Virus record (IMG/VR): IMGVR_UViG_3300029258_001409
Location: 1-61,408 of that record
Length of the DNA: 61,408 nt
Reading direction: 5' to 3' (one strand)
From: a virus
Taxonomy: Duplodnaviria; Caudoviricetes
Shown: piece by piece, positions 1-9,488 of the stretch
Position numbering within the stretch: the stretch's first letter is position 1
Layout of the letters: every line of letters begins with the position of its first letter
Translations under genes and position numbers: made by a program
Notes under the pieces: model-generated
The model's database searches: none
What the model saw: the letters and a program-made list of their open reading frames with translations, nothing else
What the model was told of the DNA's origin: nothing

Positions 1-144
1 CGGTTGGTCTATGGGTATGCCCTGGTGGGCGACGGCACCCCAGGGAACATGGCGCTGCCGAAACGCATGGCCGTGACCCATGCGAGGCTCAAAGCCAGTG
101 GGACCGGGAAGAATGTCCAACTCTGGAGGCGGGAAGTTGAACCC
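1..144. repeat. Terminal direct repeat, copy 1 (circular assembly overlap)
   Basis: Bases 1-144 are identical to 61265-61408. Confidence 0.97.
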
Positions 145-249
145 AGGAACGGGACCTGGGAGGGGGTCTGTATTTACTATCGGCATGTTGACCCGACCAT
201 CCCGGGGTATGCCGGGTTCTCGGTTCGACGTGTGAAGTGTGGGCGCTAA
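1..249 (+). CDS. Hypothetical protein, 3' part; true start is ATG 61253 across the circular junction
   Basis: Frame continues MVRRRLVYGYALV from 61253; GGAGG RBS upstream. Confidence 0.75.
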   Translation, partial: RLVYGYALVGDGTPGNMALPKRMAVTHARLKASGTGKNVQLWRREVEPRNGTWEGVCIYYRHVDPTIPGYAGFSVRRVKCGR

Positions 250-293
250 AGTTCTTCATCTCTCATACCGATGTCTGGTGAGGAGGAAGGCGG

Positions 294-560
294 ATGGCGA
301 AAGATCGCTGGACCAAGGAGGACTGGATCGCTAGATGCGGGTACGCGACTCAGCTCCTGGCGCTTGTGGCCGGTAAGCACGAACATGAATGCCGGAGGGC
401 CGCGCGCTGTAGTGAATGTTGCGATGGTGCCTGTCGGGAGATCATGAATCTCGTGGATGACTTCCTCCGGCCTCCGAGGCATCGTCGCCACGGTCTCCCG
501 GAGCATCTTATAGCGGAAGTGCGGCGGCTTCAAGTTGACAGGGCGGAGCGGATGCCCTGA
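294..560 (+). CDS. Hypothetical protein
   Basis: GAGGAGG RBS; co-directional packing. Confidence 0.6.
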   Translation: MAKDRWTKEDWIARCGYATQLLALVAGKHEHECRRAARCSECCDGACREIMNLVDDFLRPPRHRRHGLPEHLIAEVRRLQVDRAERMP

Positions 561-577
561 CAGGAAGGAACGGCGCC

Positions 578-790
578 ATGGGGTTCATGTTCGCAGTGGG
601 AGAATGTGGGGCGTGCGGGAAACGATTCTCATTCAACCCGGACCTGGTTCCATCTGTCCGGGACAGCGAGGGGGTGAAACAGCCAATCTGTAAGGACTGC
701 ATAGACCGGGCGAACCCGGAGCGGATCAGGCGGGGACTCAATCCCATCACTCCACTTCCGGGCGCCTATGAACCTGGGGAATGCACATAG
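578..790 (+). CDS. Small Zn-finger-like protein
   Basis: CGAC...CKDC; AGGA RBS. Confidence 0.65.
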   Translation: MGFMFAVGECGACGKRFSFNPDLVPSVRDSEGVKQPICKDCIDRANPERIRRGLNPITPLPGAYEPGECT

Positions 791-808
791 AGTCTGGGGG
801 CAGTTGTC

Positions 809-1186
809 ATGAGCGGAAAGCATGTTGGCGTGAAGATGCGTGGCCGCAGCGATAAATGGGTCACGCGCGTGGGTGGAGACAGAGGCGTGGATGTTGTAGG
901 GATCACTTCATGGGGGAAGATTTCTGTTTGGCTCCGGTATGTGGACGGGCGGCCCTGGGCCCAGATCCGTCTGGAGCCCGGGCCCGCAGAATCCGAGACA
1001 TCCCACCGGAAGGCTCCTGCCGTAGAGCTGTTCGATGGCCCGATTGACAGAGCGGCGCGCCAGAAGATGATTCCGGTTTCAGAGATGCACCGGCTCCTCT
1101 CGACGCTTCTTGCCCCGAATGGCGATCGTGATGTTGAGTATGTCGAGGAGCGTCTGGCGATTCTCGGGATCGGGGGTGCGTCTTGA
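809..1186 (+). CDS. Hypothetical protein
   Basis: Operonic packing; 4-nt overlap with next ORF. Confidence 0.6.
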   Translation: MSGKHVGVKMRGRSDKWVTRVGGDRGVDVVGITSWGKISVWLRYVDGRPWAQIRLEPGPAESETSHRKAPAVELFDGPIDRAARQKMIPVSEMHRLLSTLLAPNGDRDVEYVEERLAILGIGGAS

Positions 1187-1422
1187 AAAAGCGTGTCTCC
1201 GACCGGGCGATCAAAGACAAGGCCAAGGAACACCCGGACTGGCATTGGTGCGACGCCTGGCCGGGTCGTTGCTGGTCGAATCGAGGAGAGTGGACCGGCG
1301 ATCCCGCCAAGGCCCACAAGAAACCAATCTGCCGCACATGCCTGACGCTGGGGGAGCAGGCGAAGAACATTCGGAGAATCGAGAGCATGAGTCGGGCGAA
1401 CCGAAAGAAGTGGGGGAAATAG
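1183..1422 (+). CDS. Hypothetical Cys-containing protein
   Basis: TTGA start/stop overlap. Confidence 0.5.
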   Translation: MKKRVSDRAIKDKAKEHPDWHWCDAWPGRCWSNRGEWTGDPAKAHKKPICRTCLTLGEQAKNIRRIESMSRANRKKWGK

Positions 1423-1493
1423 CGGACACCCTGGTCTCAATAGCAGTAGCACTGGGTGAATCACCAGATTTCTTCTTCCGGGCTGGAGGACAC

Positions 1494-2060
1494 ATGGGAA
1501 AGAAGATGGACAAACCAATGATTCGGAACCGCATGGGCAAGCCGGTTGACTTGACCGAGATCGCACTTCGCTGGTGGCGTTTCTGCGAAAAGCACCTGCT
1601 CACATGCGATCGCTCGATCAGGTGCAGGCTGGGCCGCCGATTTCAGGATTGGAGGGTAGGGCAGAATCTCCCTCCGATGCCTGACCGGGCGATAGCCCAC
1701 GGGGCCCAGGATAGACCGCCCCTGCTTACCCGAACGATGTACGACATTACGCAGAGCCTTCCCCGCGAATGGGGCGATCGGCCTCCGGTTCTTATCACGT
1801 CGCCACTGCTGGCGAAACTCAACGAACTGGAGGACCCGCCCAAGGCATTCGACGCGTTCTGTGTCCTGTTTGCCGGATGGGCGATGAGATGGGAGCAGGA
1901 CGGCGGCGGGGCGAGGCCGGGCGTGTTTAGCGCCTCTCTAGCGAGCATTGGCATCGAGGAGAACATCGCTGGACGGTTGTTCCCAGATGTGCGGTGGGAG
2001 GTCTGGCTGGCCGGAGAGACATACCCGGGAGGAGTGTGGGGCTATGGCGAGAGCAGCTAG
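1494..2060 (+). CDS. Hypothetical protein
   Basis: GGAGG RBS before ATG 1494; in frame with track ORF 1110..2060. Confidence 0.6.
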   Translation: MGKKMDKPMIRNRMGKPVDLTEIALRWWRFCEKHLLTCDRSIRCRLGRRFQDWRVGQNLPPMPDRAIAHGAQDRPPLLTRTMYDITQSLPREWGDRPPVLITSPLLAKLNELEDPPKAFDAFCVLFAGWAMRWEQDGGGARPGVFSASLASIGIEENIAGRLFPDVRWEVWLAGETYPGGVWGYGESS

Positions 2061-2259
2061 AAAAAGGGGCGGCGCCCGCATGAGGTCTGGCGGCTGGGTG
2101 CGATTCGTTTTGAACCTGCGGCCCGCCGAGTACAGGAAACTCGAATCCCTCTCGAAGGGGACGGGTGGTGAAGTTTCCATGGCGGAATTCGTCAGGCGGG
2201 CGATCCGTGGGCAGTATGCCGTCCAGAAGCGGGGCGATATGGAAGGTGGTAGAGCATGA
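2044..2259 (+). CDS. Ribbon-helix-helix (CopG-like) DNA-binding protein
   Basis: RFVLNL strand, helix YRKLESLS, then SMAEFVRRAI. Confidence 0.7.
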   Translation: MARAARKRGGARMRSGGWVRFVLNLRPAEYRKLESLSKGTGGEVSMAEFVRRAIRGQYAVQKRGDMEGGRA

Positions 2260-2594
2260 CGGTCGAATCAGATCGGAATCAGGAACAGCGGGAAGAAACG
2301 CCGGATTTCGTGTCGGCAGACATGATGATCCGGTTCCATCGGGCGGAGAATGACCAGACGCCCATAGAATACGAATTCCCCTTGGACGCCGAGAGTGCCC
2401 AGACCATCTGGGATTTCCTCCAGGCGGAGCGGACGCCGTTCATGGCGCTGTTTGCATTCATGCACCATGTGGTCGAGCAGATCGTCCGTTCGGTGGATGA
2501 CGAGGACGAGGAGGACGCTGGAGGTATGTCCATCGAGGGGCACGCCCAGGAGGACCCGGAGAATCCTCTTGACTCGCCTGACCGCCAGGAATAG
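2256..2594 (+). CDS. Acidic hypothetical protein
   Basis: ATGA overlap; D/E-rich. Confidence 0.6.
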   Translation: MTVESDRNQEQREETPDFVSADMMIRFHRAENDQTPIEYEFPLDAESAQTIWDFLQAERTPFMALFAFMHHVVEQIVRSVDDEDEEDAGGMSIEGHAQEDPENPLDSPDRQE

Positions 2595-2646
2595 GCTTTC
2601 CACGTCTTCTGTGTAGGCAGCGCGGCGGACAGATCCAAGTGACAAG

Positions 2647-2688
2647 CGGTGCGCCTGAGAAATCGGGCGCACCGTTCACTTTTTTCTT
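2647..2688 (+). terminator. Rho-independent terminator
   Basis: 12-bp stem cggtgcgcctga/tcgggcgcaccg (one G:U), GAAA loop, then ttcacttttttctt. Confidence 0.75.
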
Positions 2689-2715
2689 GACGTTCTGGTC
2701 GGGATTCAGTAGGGT
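2687..2715 (+). promoter_or_regulatory. Putative sigma70-type promoter
   Basis: TTGACG-17 nt-TAGGGT upstream of the HTH gene. Confidence 0.45.
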
Positions 2716-2740
2716 GGGATTCTGAAAGGGGGATCACTCG

Positions 2741-2977
2741 ATGCCGTTGAGTGTTCGCGCTGGAAAGGCGCTCGGGGAGCAGGTGCGAGTGGGGCGGATG
2801 CAGGCCGGGCTTGACGTGGCGACCTTCGCGAAGAAGATGGGGCGATCGCCATCATGGGTCGTCCGCATCGAGAGAAACGCATCCAGCCTAACCGTGAAAA
2901 CCCTCAAGCGCATTTCCGAGATTCAGAACCTACCGATGGAATTCTACTTTCGCCCGTTGGTTGGGAGGACCGAATAG
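2741..2977 (+). CDS. XRE/Cro-family HTH regulator
   Basis: GLDVATFAKKMGRSPSWVVRIER...LTVKTLKRIS pattern. Confidence 0.8.
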   Translation: MPLSVRAGKALGEQVRVGRMQAGLDVATFAKKMGRSPSWVVRIERNASSLTVKTLKRISEIQNLPMEFYFRPLVGRTE

Positions 2978-3058
2978 GGAGGGGAACGGTGCGAAAAATG
3001 GGGCGGCCCAGGCTCTCGCTTGTGAGGGTCGAACCTGGGCCAGGTCTCCGTAGAGCCT

Positions 3059-3403
3059 TTGCAGTTGTCGTGGTCACTGTACGAAGGGGTGGTTCAGTTG
3101 TCAAGCAACAAGTTGGACGAACGATCTATTCCCGCCATTCGCCTCAGACAGGCCAATGTCGATCTGGCACGACGCGGACTTGGCATCCTCACTGGCGCCC
3201 TGAAGAAGGAATCCGAGATTGCCGGACAGGACCAAGCCGCTCTCCTCAAGAGCATGAAGGGTCTCACCGGGGCCCTCTGGTCAAAACTCCGATCATACGA
3301 CGAAGGGCTGGCGCAGACGCAGCAGCTATCGCTGGGGAGCGACCAGCCGCCCAGGGGCAAACCGTCAAGGACGAAGGGGGGTGATCCTGACTCGAAGCGG
3401 TAG
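3059..3403 (+). CDS. Hypothetical protein (start uncertain)
   Basis: Fills the gap; helical-looking sequence. Confidence 0.35.
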   Translation: MQLSWSLYEGVVQLSSNKLDERSIPAIRLRQANVDLARRGLGILTGALKKESEIAGQDQAALLKSMKGLTGALWSKLRSYDEGLAQTQQLSLGSDQPPRGKPSRTKGGDPDSKR

Positions 3404-3517
3404 TGCGGTCGCAGGGACCGCACACAATCAGGCCAGCGCACGGCATCTTTCGGGTTGGCATTCCCGAGGAGTGCTAGGGTCGTGCGCTGGCCGACCATCC
3501 CAACGGTGGAGGGAATC

Positions 3518-3922
3518 ATGAAAATCAGACTTGCGTTGCCGGGAGCGTTCTTTCTGCTCGTTGTGTTTATTCTCGTTGGCCTTGCAGCTCTCAACATCAT
3601 GTATGGTGGCGTCTCCGTTGCTGTAGTGGAGGAGACCACCTGGTCGGAAGTCAAAGCGGCCTTCCGGGAAGATCCCCGGGCATTCCTCGAACAACTCCTG
3701 TCCGATTTCGAAAGCGAGGAGGACCTGGTCGCGTGGCTTGAAGAAAACGCCGACGACATGGGCGGATATATCGACGAGAAGGGCCTGGAGTGGAAATGCT
3801 TTGGAGTGAACGGCTGGGAAGTCTGCATCGTGATTCGGAGAACCCCGGCGCCGGAAATCGCCGCTGATCCGATGGATGGAATCATCTGGGAAGACTTGAT
3901 CGGGCCCAGACTGGAGAAGTGA
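3518..3922 (+). CDS. Membrane-anchored protein
   Basis: N-terminal hydrophobic helix AFFLLVVFILVGLAAL; GGAGG RBS. Confidence 0.65.
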   Translation: MKIRLALPGAFFLLVVFILVGLAALNIMYGGVSVAVVEETTWSEVKAAFREDPRAFLEQLLSDFESEEDLVAWLEENADDMGGYIDEKGLEWKCFGVNGWEVCIVIRRTPAPEIAADPMDGIIWEDLIGPRLEK

Positions 3923-4335
3923 TGCCGAGGGCAACCCTCGACGAGGAAAGCTGGCCCTTCTCCATGTGGAGCGGGATTCTGCATCCGAAGCATCGGGTGA
4001 TTGACCCGGCGCTTCCGGTGTTCATGACTTTCGTGGACTGGACGACGGCACAGGACGAGCGGGAGCCGAACGGTGAGCGGTTGGGCTGGGTGAAGGGGGG
4101 GAAGCCCATCAGCTACCGGGAGATTGCGGAGGCCAGGGGACTCTCTAAGAGTGCGGTCCATCGCCAGATCCAGATGCTCCTCGGAAGGAATACCGCCAAC
4201 AGGGTCTACGTTTTCCAGGTCGCAGTACCCGGAGGATTCGCCTACAAGGTCAGGAAATCGAAGAAGCTCTGGTACAGGACAAAGAACGCTTCGCTCAGTC
4301 CAGGGAGGAAGCGCCGGAAAGAGCATGGTGGATAA
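3919..4335 (+). CDS. Winged-HTH protein, candidate replication initiator
   Basis: ISYREIAEARGLSKSAVHRQIQML HTH; followed directly by iteron-like repeats. Confidence 0.6.
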   Translation: MMPRATLDEESWPFSMWSGILHPKHRVIDPALPVFMTFVDWTTAQDEREPNGERLGWVKGGKPISYREIAEARGLSKSAVHRQIQMLLGRNTANRVYVFQVAVPGGFAYKVRKSKKLWYRTKNASLSPGRKRRKEHGG

Positions 4336-4508
4336 CTCTGTTGGTAACCTGTGGACAGTCAGAGTAGGTGTCCCATTTTCGAGACGCGCTGTCCCGCTCG
4401 TGGGACGCGCTGTCCCGCTCGTGGGACGCGTATAATAAGGAACTTACAATGAGCATTGACAGAAAGCAGGGACTCTTGCAGTCTCTACACCCCTCTGGCT
4501 TGTCCACA
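4327..4508. promoter_or_regulatory. Putative replication origin (DnaA-box-like 9-mers plus 21-bp-period iterons)
   Basis: ggtggataa 4327, tgttggtaa 4339, tgtggacag 4350, ttgtccaca 4500; tgtcccgctcgtgggac at 4390 and 4411, degenerate copy at 4369. Confidence 0.6.
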
Positions 4509-5276
4509 ATCTCATGCCAAGACCTGATTCTTCAGAACATCGAACCCTCGAATATCCCTATTCCCTGCTGCTCAGTTCCCCCGACTGGCGTTGGTGCCTG
4601 GAGGATCGAAAAGCGATGGGTTGACCAGACCGCGGCGGACCAGGGTAATAGCCATGACCAACTACTCCACATGGGTTTCCGAAGGCTCCCGCTCGGTCCT
4701 GGATTGTTCACGGTGCTCCGTCATTTCAACAAACTCGTCATGTCAGATCATCTCGAACACCGACTCGAGCTCTGTGAACCATATCTTCATGCCCACGGGC
4801 GTGTGCTCTTGAATGGCCTCGGGATGGGCCTCCTGCTCGATGCCATCCTCGGCACCCGCGCCTTCGTTAGGTTCGGGACGAGCATCCTGGTCACAGAGAT
4901 CGCCCCGGAAGTGATCCAGATGGTTGCAGAGCCTCTACTGGTGAAGCACTTTGGATCATTCAGGCGCCGCTACAGAACCGAGGGCCCTTCCGTGTATGCC
5001 GAGAAGTTCGGACTGCGGGCTGAAGTGATCTGCACCGACGCGACGAAGATCCCGATTCTCGGCCACTTCGACATGATCTGGCATGACATCTGGACGGACT
5101 ACCGCCCAGAGAACTTCGATGAGATGAGGATGATGCTCCGGCGCTGGCGCCACAAGGTCAGCGGCTTCCACGGTTGCTGGGGATACGAGACCCACCGGAG
5201 CCTGAGAAGGCGCTGGGGTAAGACATGGCAGAGGAGACCGGAATGGCCGAAGAAATCGCCCAAGTTGTCGGGATAG
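4449..5276 (+). CDS. Class I SAM-dependent methyltransferase (spermidine-synthase-like fold)
   Basis: VLLNGLGMG motif I, VTEIAPEVI, CTDA, FDMIWHDIW; TAAGGA RBS. Confidence 0.75.
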   Translation: MSIDRKQGLLQSLHPSGLSTISCQDLILQNIEPSNIPIPCCSVPPTGVGAWRIEKRWVDQTAADQGNSHDQLLHMGFRRLPLGPGLFTVLRHFNKLVMSDHLEHRLELCEPYLHAHGRVLLNGLGMGLLLDAILGTRAFVRFGTSILVTEIAPEVIQMVAEPLLVKHFGSFRRRYRTEGPSVYAEKFGLRAEVICTDATKIPILGHFDMIWHDIWTDYRPENFDEMRMMLRRWRHKVSGFHGCWGYETHRSLRRRWGKTWQRRPEWPKKSPKLSG

Positions 5277-5932
5277 ATCCGTCGAGCCGCCCTGGCTTCG
5301 TGAGACTGGCCGCTGAGGATCGTATCGTAGCTGCCGTCGTGGGGCAGAATCCCGGGAATTGGGGAAAGGACAAGCTCCGCAAGAATGATCCTCCTCGGGA
5401 CCGGCTTGATCGTCCCAACGGAATCGCCTGGTTGTTCGAGGAGATCGACGACCTGGTGGGCTACGGGGGCGATCTGTACATGGGCGAGTTTGAGCCGGAG
5501 CATGGCTTCAAGGCCGGGCTTGTTCTTATCGAAGACTGGACACCCTGGTCTGGCTCGGGGAAGTCGCATCTGAGCCCAAGCCAGATTGCCGTAGTCGAGG
5601 CCCTGGCGGCTTACCTTCGGTATCGGAACTTTCGAATCCGCCTTGTCAATCCCGCTCGTGTGAAGGCCGCTTTCAACGTGCGCCCCGGCATGAGCGATCC
5701 GAAGGGCCGGGTGCGGTCGATACTGAGGCGGACGACCAATATCGGGAAGTTCCTTGATCCATTGACTTACAAGTGGGAGAGAGAGGCCATTGGCGATGCT
5801 GCTGCGGTGGCGATCGCCGGATGGAGAGACTACAAGAGAGACCTATTCGTCGAGGAAGCGGTCCAGAGAGAGGAGAGGCGCCGTGGGAATCGGAGAAGAC
5901 CCGGAAGAGCTCGCAGAAGATCGAAGGCTTGA
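5243..5932 (+). CDS. RuvC-like Holliday junction resolvase
   Basis: VVGIDPS, VLIED, PARVK, IGDAAAVA acidic RNase H-fold motifs. Confidence 0.7.
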   Translation: MAEEIAQVVGIDPSSRPGFVRLAAEDRIVAAVVGQNPGNWGKDKLRKNDPPRDRLDRPNGIAWLFEEIDDLVGYGGDLYMGEFEPEHGFKAGLVLIEDWTPWSGSGKSHLSPSQIAVVEALAAYLRYRNFRIRLVNPARVKAAFNVRPGMSDPKGRVRSILRRTTNIGKFLDPLTYKWEREAIGDAAAVAIAGWRDYKRDLFVEEAVQREERRRGNRRRPGRARRRSKA

Positions 5933-6395
5933 GCAGGAGCAGTGGAGGAGGGACTTTGCCGAGACCCTGGAGGCCCTCGCGGGGCAACTGAAGCGCCTGG
6001 CATCCCGCGATAGCTGCCATTCTCTGCCGGATCACTGTCACATCAACCTGACAATGCCGATTCGCAGAGATCAGTTGGAACCTCTCCTGCTTGCGCTTTC
6101 CGTTTCTGGTGTTGGCGATGAGGCCGACATCCCCGAGATTGGAGATTTCATTTTCCCGGATGATGCTGGATGGCCGTTCCGTGTGAAATTCTACCGTGGC
6201 GAGATGCGCTATTGGCTCCATACTCTCGTCTCTGCGCCAGGATCTAAGACGGGGCAGATCTGGCGGCGCTTTCACCCGCTGGATCTGGACCACTGGCGGC
6301 ATCTATTGAAGAAGGCCCTTCCCAAGAGCAAGGCAGCAGAGCACATGGTCCATGATATTGAGAGGGCGCCGATCATTCCGGGGGTGGGGAGCTGA
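5883..6395 (+). CDS. Hypothetical protein
   Basis: GTG start after GAGG; stop overlaps next ATG. Confidence 0.55.
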   Translation: MGIGEDPEELAEDRRLEQEQWRRDFAETLEALAGQLKRLASRDSCHSLPDHCHINLTMPIRRDQLEPLLLALSVSGVGDEADIPEIGDFIFPDDAGWPFRVKFYRGEMRYWLHTLVSAPGSKTGQIWRRFHPLDLDHWRHLLKKALPKSKAAEHMVHDIERAPIIPGVGS

Positions 6396-6604
6396 TGCCA
6401 AGGACGACGTATCTCGCGAAGACCTTCACAGCGGGGTGTTTCATCTGCCATGGCGGGGATGCTGCCTGGCATTCGGCAAACGCCCAGGCCCTGGCCGCCA
6501 GACACCACGATCTAACGGGCCATGAGACCTGGTGTAACATCGTGTTGCAATGGACCTATGGGGAGCATGGTGATGGAGAGCCGACAGAGGACAAGACGGA
6601 GTGA
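6395..6604 (+). CDS. Small hypothetical protein (CxxC...HH, possible Zn site)
   Basis: TGATG coupling; CFIC and HHDLTGH. Confidence 0.55.
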   Translation: MPRTTYLAKTFTAGCFICHGGDAAWHSANAQALAARHHDLTGHETWCNIVLQWTYGEHGDGEPTEDKTE

Positions 6605-6896
6605 CCCGGAGACTTCCCGGGAAGCCGCAGACCACATGGAGCGCACCGGGAAGGCGAAGACCCACAAGATGATGTGCCTGGCAGTGGTCCAGGAAAAGCC
6701 CGGATTGACGGCGGCTGAGATCGCCGTGGAGGCCGGGTTGGAGCGCCATGAGGCGAGCCGGCGGCTCCCGAATCTGCGCGACGAGGACCATTCTGTCTAC
6801 AACGGTGCGGCCCGAGAATGCACCGTGGTGGGGAACCGTTCCATGACGTGGTATCCCTGCCTTGCCGGGCAGGGAAAATTGGCGCTCGGGAGGTAG
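6567..6896 (+). CDS. Phage winged-HTH protein
   Basis: TRRSDPETSREAA leader and PGLTAAEIA...ASRRLPNL HTH. Confidence 0.7.
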   Translation: MVMESRQRTRRSDPETSREAADHMERTGKAKTHKMMCLAVVQEKPGLTAAEIAVEAGLERHEASRRLPNLRDEDHSVYNGAARECTVVGNRSMTWYPCLAGQGKLALGR

Positions 6897-6898
6897 TG

Positions 6899-7183
6899 AT
6901 GCCACATCCGCTCATAGAGAAGGGGCGCGAGTTGCGTGGGCAGCTTTACTGGAGATACCCCACCGACTGCTGCGACTTTGATTGCACGGTGCGGCTCGTC
7001 CACTGCTTCGAGAGGGAAAACTTCTATCGGTTTGTTAGTCTTTGTGGGAAAAGCGTTCGGACTACCGTTGGAATGGGCCCCTGGGGCGCTAGGCAGATAA
7101 GACCACTGCTCGACGCCATCGAGGAAGGACTGGTGCATCTGTGTCCCCGGTGCAAGTATCTGGAGGACCAGATCAGGGGCTGA
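6899..7183 (+). CDS. Hypothetical Cys-rich protein
   Basis: GGAGG RBS. Confidence 0.55.
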   Translation: MPHPLIEKGRELRGQLYWRYPTDCCDFDCTVRLVHCFERENFYRFVSLCGKSVRTTVGMGPWGARQIRPLLDAIEEGLVHLCPRCKYLEDQIRG

Positions 7184-7311
7184 CAATGCGGGTCCCAAGT
7201 CGAATGGGGGGAGATCGTTGACTGGTGGGCCTCCCTGGAAGCCTCAGAGCATTCTGTGAGGTATCACTGGTCGGGGGTCTCCGCCGTACCGAAGAAAAGG
7301 AGGGGCAGAGG

Positions 7312-7584
7312 ATGGCAATTCAGGTGTTCAGGATTGGCGAGGCATACTGGTTTGCGGGCGAGACCGCCGAGGAGTGCATTGCCTTCGCGAAAAAGGAAAA
7401 CATGATTGAGGACGAGGAGGCCGACGACGTTGAACTCGTGTCAGATGAAGATATGAAGGAGTTGAAGTTTATCCATAATCCCGGCTTCCCCGACGAGAGC
7501 GAATGCACGTTCCGGGAACAGCTCGACAAGATGATCGCCAAGGGCGAGACATTCCCGGCCTTCTTCGCTGCGTCGGAGTTTTGA
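7312..7584 (+). CDS. Acidic hypothetical protein
   Basis: AGGAGG RBS. Confidence 0.65.
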   Translation: MAIQVFRIGEAYWFAGETAEECIAFAKKENMIEDEEADDVELVSDEDMKELKFIHNPGFPDESECTFREQLDKMIAKGETFPAFFAASEF

Positions 7585-7594
7585 GGGAGGGCCA

Positions 7595-8527
7595 ATGAAC
7601 GACGGCAAGTATTGGGATATCGCGTGGAACCCGGTGACAGGATGCTCACCGCAGGGCGTGGGTTGTTCGAACTGTTGGGCGCGATCCATGGCGAAGCGGT
7701 TCTGGAAGGATCGACGTTTTGGGGATGTGCGATTCCATCGGGACCGCCTCAACAATCCCAAGCATTGGAAGAAGCCCAGGACGATAGCGGTCTCCTGGAT
7801 GGGAGACTTGTTCCACGAGCGGGTCGCGTATGAATGGCTCTCTCCGATTTTCGATGTCATGGCGGAGTCTCCGCAGCATACGTTTCTGGTTCTGACGAAG
7901 CGCGCGGAGCGTTGCCGGGATGTCCTGACGAGACACATCGAGTGCTCCACCAACGTATGGGTCGGGTGTTCTGTTTCGAATCAGCCCGAGGCAGAAGATC
8001 TGGTGCCTTACATTCTCGACATCCCTAATGTAGTCCATTGGTTGTCAATCGAGCCCATGATCGGCCCGGTCAGTCTTGCGTCCCTGCCCTGTAACGTCCG
8101 CCCGCTTTCTCCGACATCCAGACTGCACCGTGACTATTTCTGTGCGCTCCGTGGAGCGGGATACGATAGCCAGCGGGACGAGTACACGGACAACTGGCAA
8201 TACCCGAGTCTCGACCTGGTCGTTGTCGGTGGCGAGACGGGTCCCGGCGCCCGGCCAATGCCGAGAGATGCGGCTTATGGGATTCTCCGGGAATGCCGGA
8301 ACAGCGGGACGCCTTTCTTCTTCAAGAGCTGGGGAGATTACGAGGCGCTTGAGGATGGGTCGTACCGACGCTGGCCTCGGGGCCACAAGGCACTTCGAGG
8401 ACGCATCCTGGATGGCCGAACATTCGACCAGTGGCCGGATGGAAAGATCCGTTGCTGGAAACCTGGGCCCGATCTGGCCTGTATCGTTCGGCGTCCTCCG
8501 GGTGTTGTTTGCGGGGGGAGGAGATAG
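7595..8527 (+). CDS. DUF5131 / phage Gp37-Gp68 family radical-SAM-like protein
   Basis: WNPVTGC...GCSNCWA, MGDLFH, LTKR, SIEP, VGGETG, PFFFKSWG. Confidence 0.9.
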   Translation: MNDGKYWDIAWNPVTGCSPQGVGCSNCWARSMAKRFWKDRRFGDVRFHRDRLNNPKHWKKPRTIAVSWMGDLFHERVAYEWLSPIFDVMAESPQHTFLVLTKRAERCRDVLTRHIECSTNVWVGCSVSNQPEAEDLVPYILDIPNVVHWLSIEPMIGPVSLASLPCNVRPLSPTSRLHRDYFCALRGAGYDSQRDEYTDNWQYPSLDLVVVGGETGPGARPMPRDAAYGILRECRNSGTPFFFKSWGDYEALEDGSYRRWPRGHKALRGRILDGRTFDQWPDGKIRCWKPGPDLACIVRRPPGVVCGGRR

Positions 8528-8531
8528 TCAC

Positions 8532-8876
8532 ATGGAAAAGGCAATGCCCGAAGAAGTAGCCGAGGCTTTCTTCTCGGATCTCTATGGGGGACCCCACCAC
8601 ATACCGTCCAAGCTCAAGAGATTCGGTCTCGGGTGGGCGGTGATCTTCCACGGGGATCTCGCAAGTTACGATGGCGACATGCTGACCAGGCTCGTGTTCA
8701 TGGCGCACGACCATTGTGTGAGAGCCTCGGTTCAGTCTGGCCGAGGCGGACGGGGGATGATCGCGATTCATCCGAGGATCAGGGCCGGGCGCTTGATGCA
8801 GAGGCATCCGACGCTGGAGGAGGCCGTGGAGCAATGGAGGAAGTTCCACAAGCCCATCGAGGAGGAAACCGAGTGA
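8532..8876 (+). CDS. Hypothetical phage protein
   Basis: GGAGGAG RBS; LASYDGDMLTRLVFMAHDHCVR. Confidence 0.65.
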   Translation: MEKAMPEEVAEAFFSDLYGGPHHIPSKLKRFGLGWAVIFHGDLASYDGDMLTRLVFMAHDHCVRASVQSGRGGRGMIAIHPRIRAGRLMQRHPTLEEAVEQWRKFHKPIEEETE

Positions 8877-9307
8877 GGGATCTGAGTCCAGATTTCCTGG
8901 CGGCCATGCGGGAGAAACTGGAATTCGGGCGGATAAAGGGCCATCGAGGGTGGGACGAGCACTGGAAAGATTGCGGGAAGACCTTCCATCCAACAGGTCC
9001 CTTTGGATTCCTGATGAGGAGGCTCCGAGAGGAGGTTGGGGAGCTGACCGAGGCGCTGACCAGAGGAGACAAGGATCATATTCGCTCTGAGGCGGCAGAT
9101 GTCGCGAACATGGCGATGATGGTGGCCGACATCGAGGGGGCGCTGAGGGATTGGAAGGGGCCGAAGGCAGGTCCAATCACCGTGGACGAGTCGCAATTTC
9201 TTGAGCCTGGACAGGCGCTGTTCATTGGAAGGATTGGAAGGCTGGGAGTCATGCGAATCGAGGGGTTGCAAAAGAATCCTGGTGGTAAAGATGACGAAAC
9301 GACATGA
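8873..9307 (+). CDS. MazG-like nucleotide pyrophosphohydrolase
   Basis: LREEVGEL...SEAADVANMAMM (EExxE...ExxD). Confidence 0.65.
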   Translation: MRDLSPDFLAAMREKLEFGRIKGHRGWDEHWKDCGKTFHPTGPFGFLMRRLREEVGELTEALTRGDKDHIRSEAADVANMAMMVADIEGALRDWKGPKAGPITVDESQFLEPGQALFIGRIGRLGVMRIEGLQKNPGGKDDETT

Positions 9308-9488
9308 TTGGATCATCGCGTGCGATGGCACAGACCCGAAATTTCCGTATGGATTCGCCTGTCTCCGTTGCCGGAAGCGGGAGGAGCTTCCACCAGGCCG
9401 GATGCGATTGACAGACTACCTTGAGAAACTTCGTAGGTTCGAGGAGCGGCACAAGGACTGCAAAGAGCCGGGAACGGAGGGTGAGTGA
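9291..9488 (+). CDS. Small Zn-binding hypothetical protein
   Basis: CLRC...HKDC. Confidence 0.55.
   Translation: MTKRHDWIIACDGTDPKFPYGFACLRCRKREELPPGRMRLTDYLEKLRRFEERHKDCKEPGTEGE

Noticed and set aside
4369-4430. Short repeats as a CRISPR array
   Set aside because: Tandem 21-bp period without unique spacers; no cas genes
4325-4448. Frameshifted extension of the wHTH gene through the iterons (VDNSVGN / SHFRDALSRSWD)
   Set aside because: Needs two frameshifts; peptide repeats are explained by the DNA repeats, though read-level checking is worthwhile
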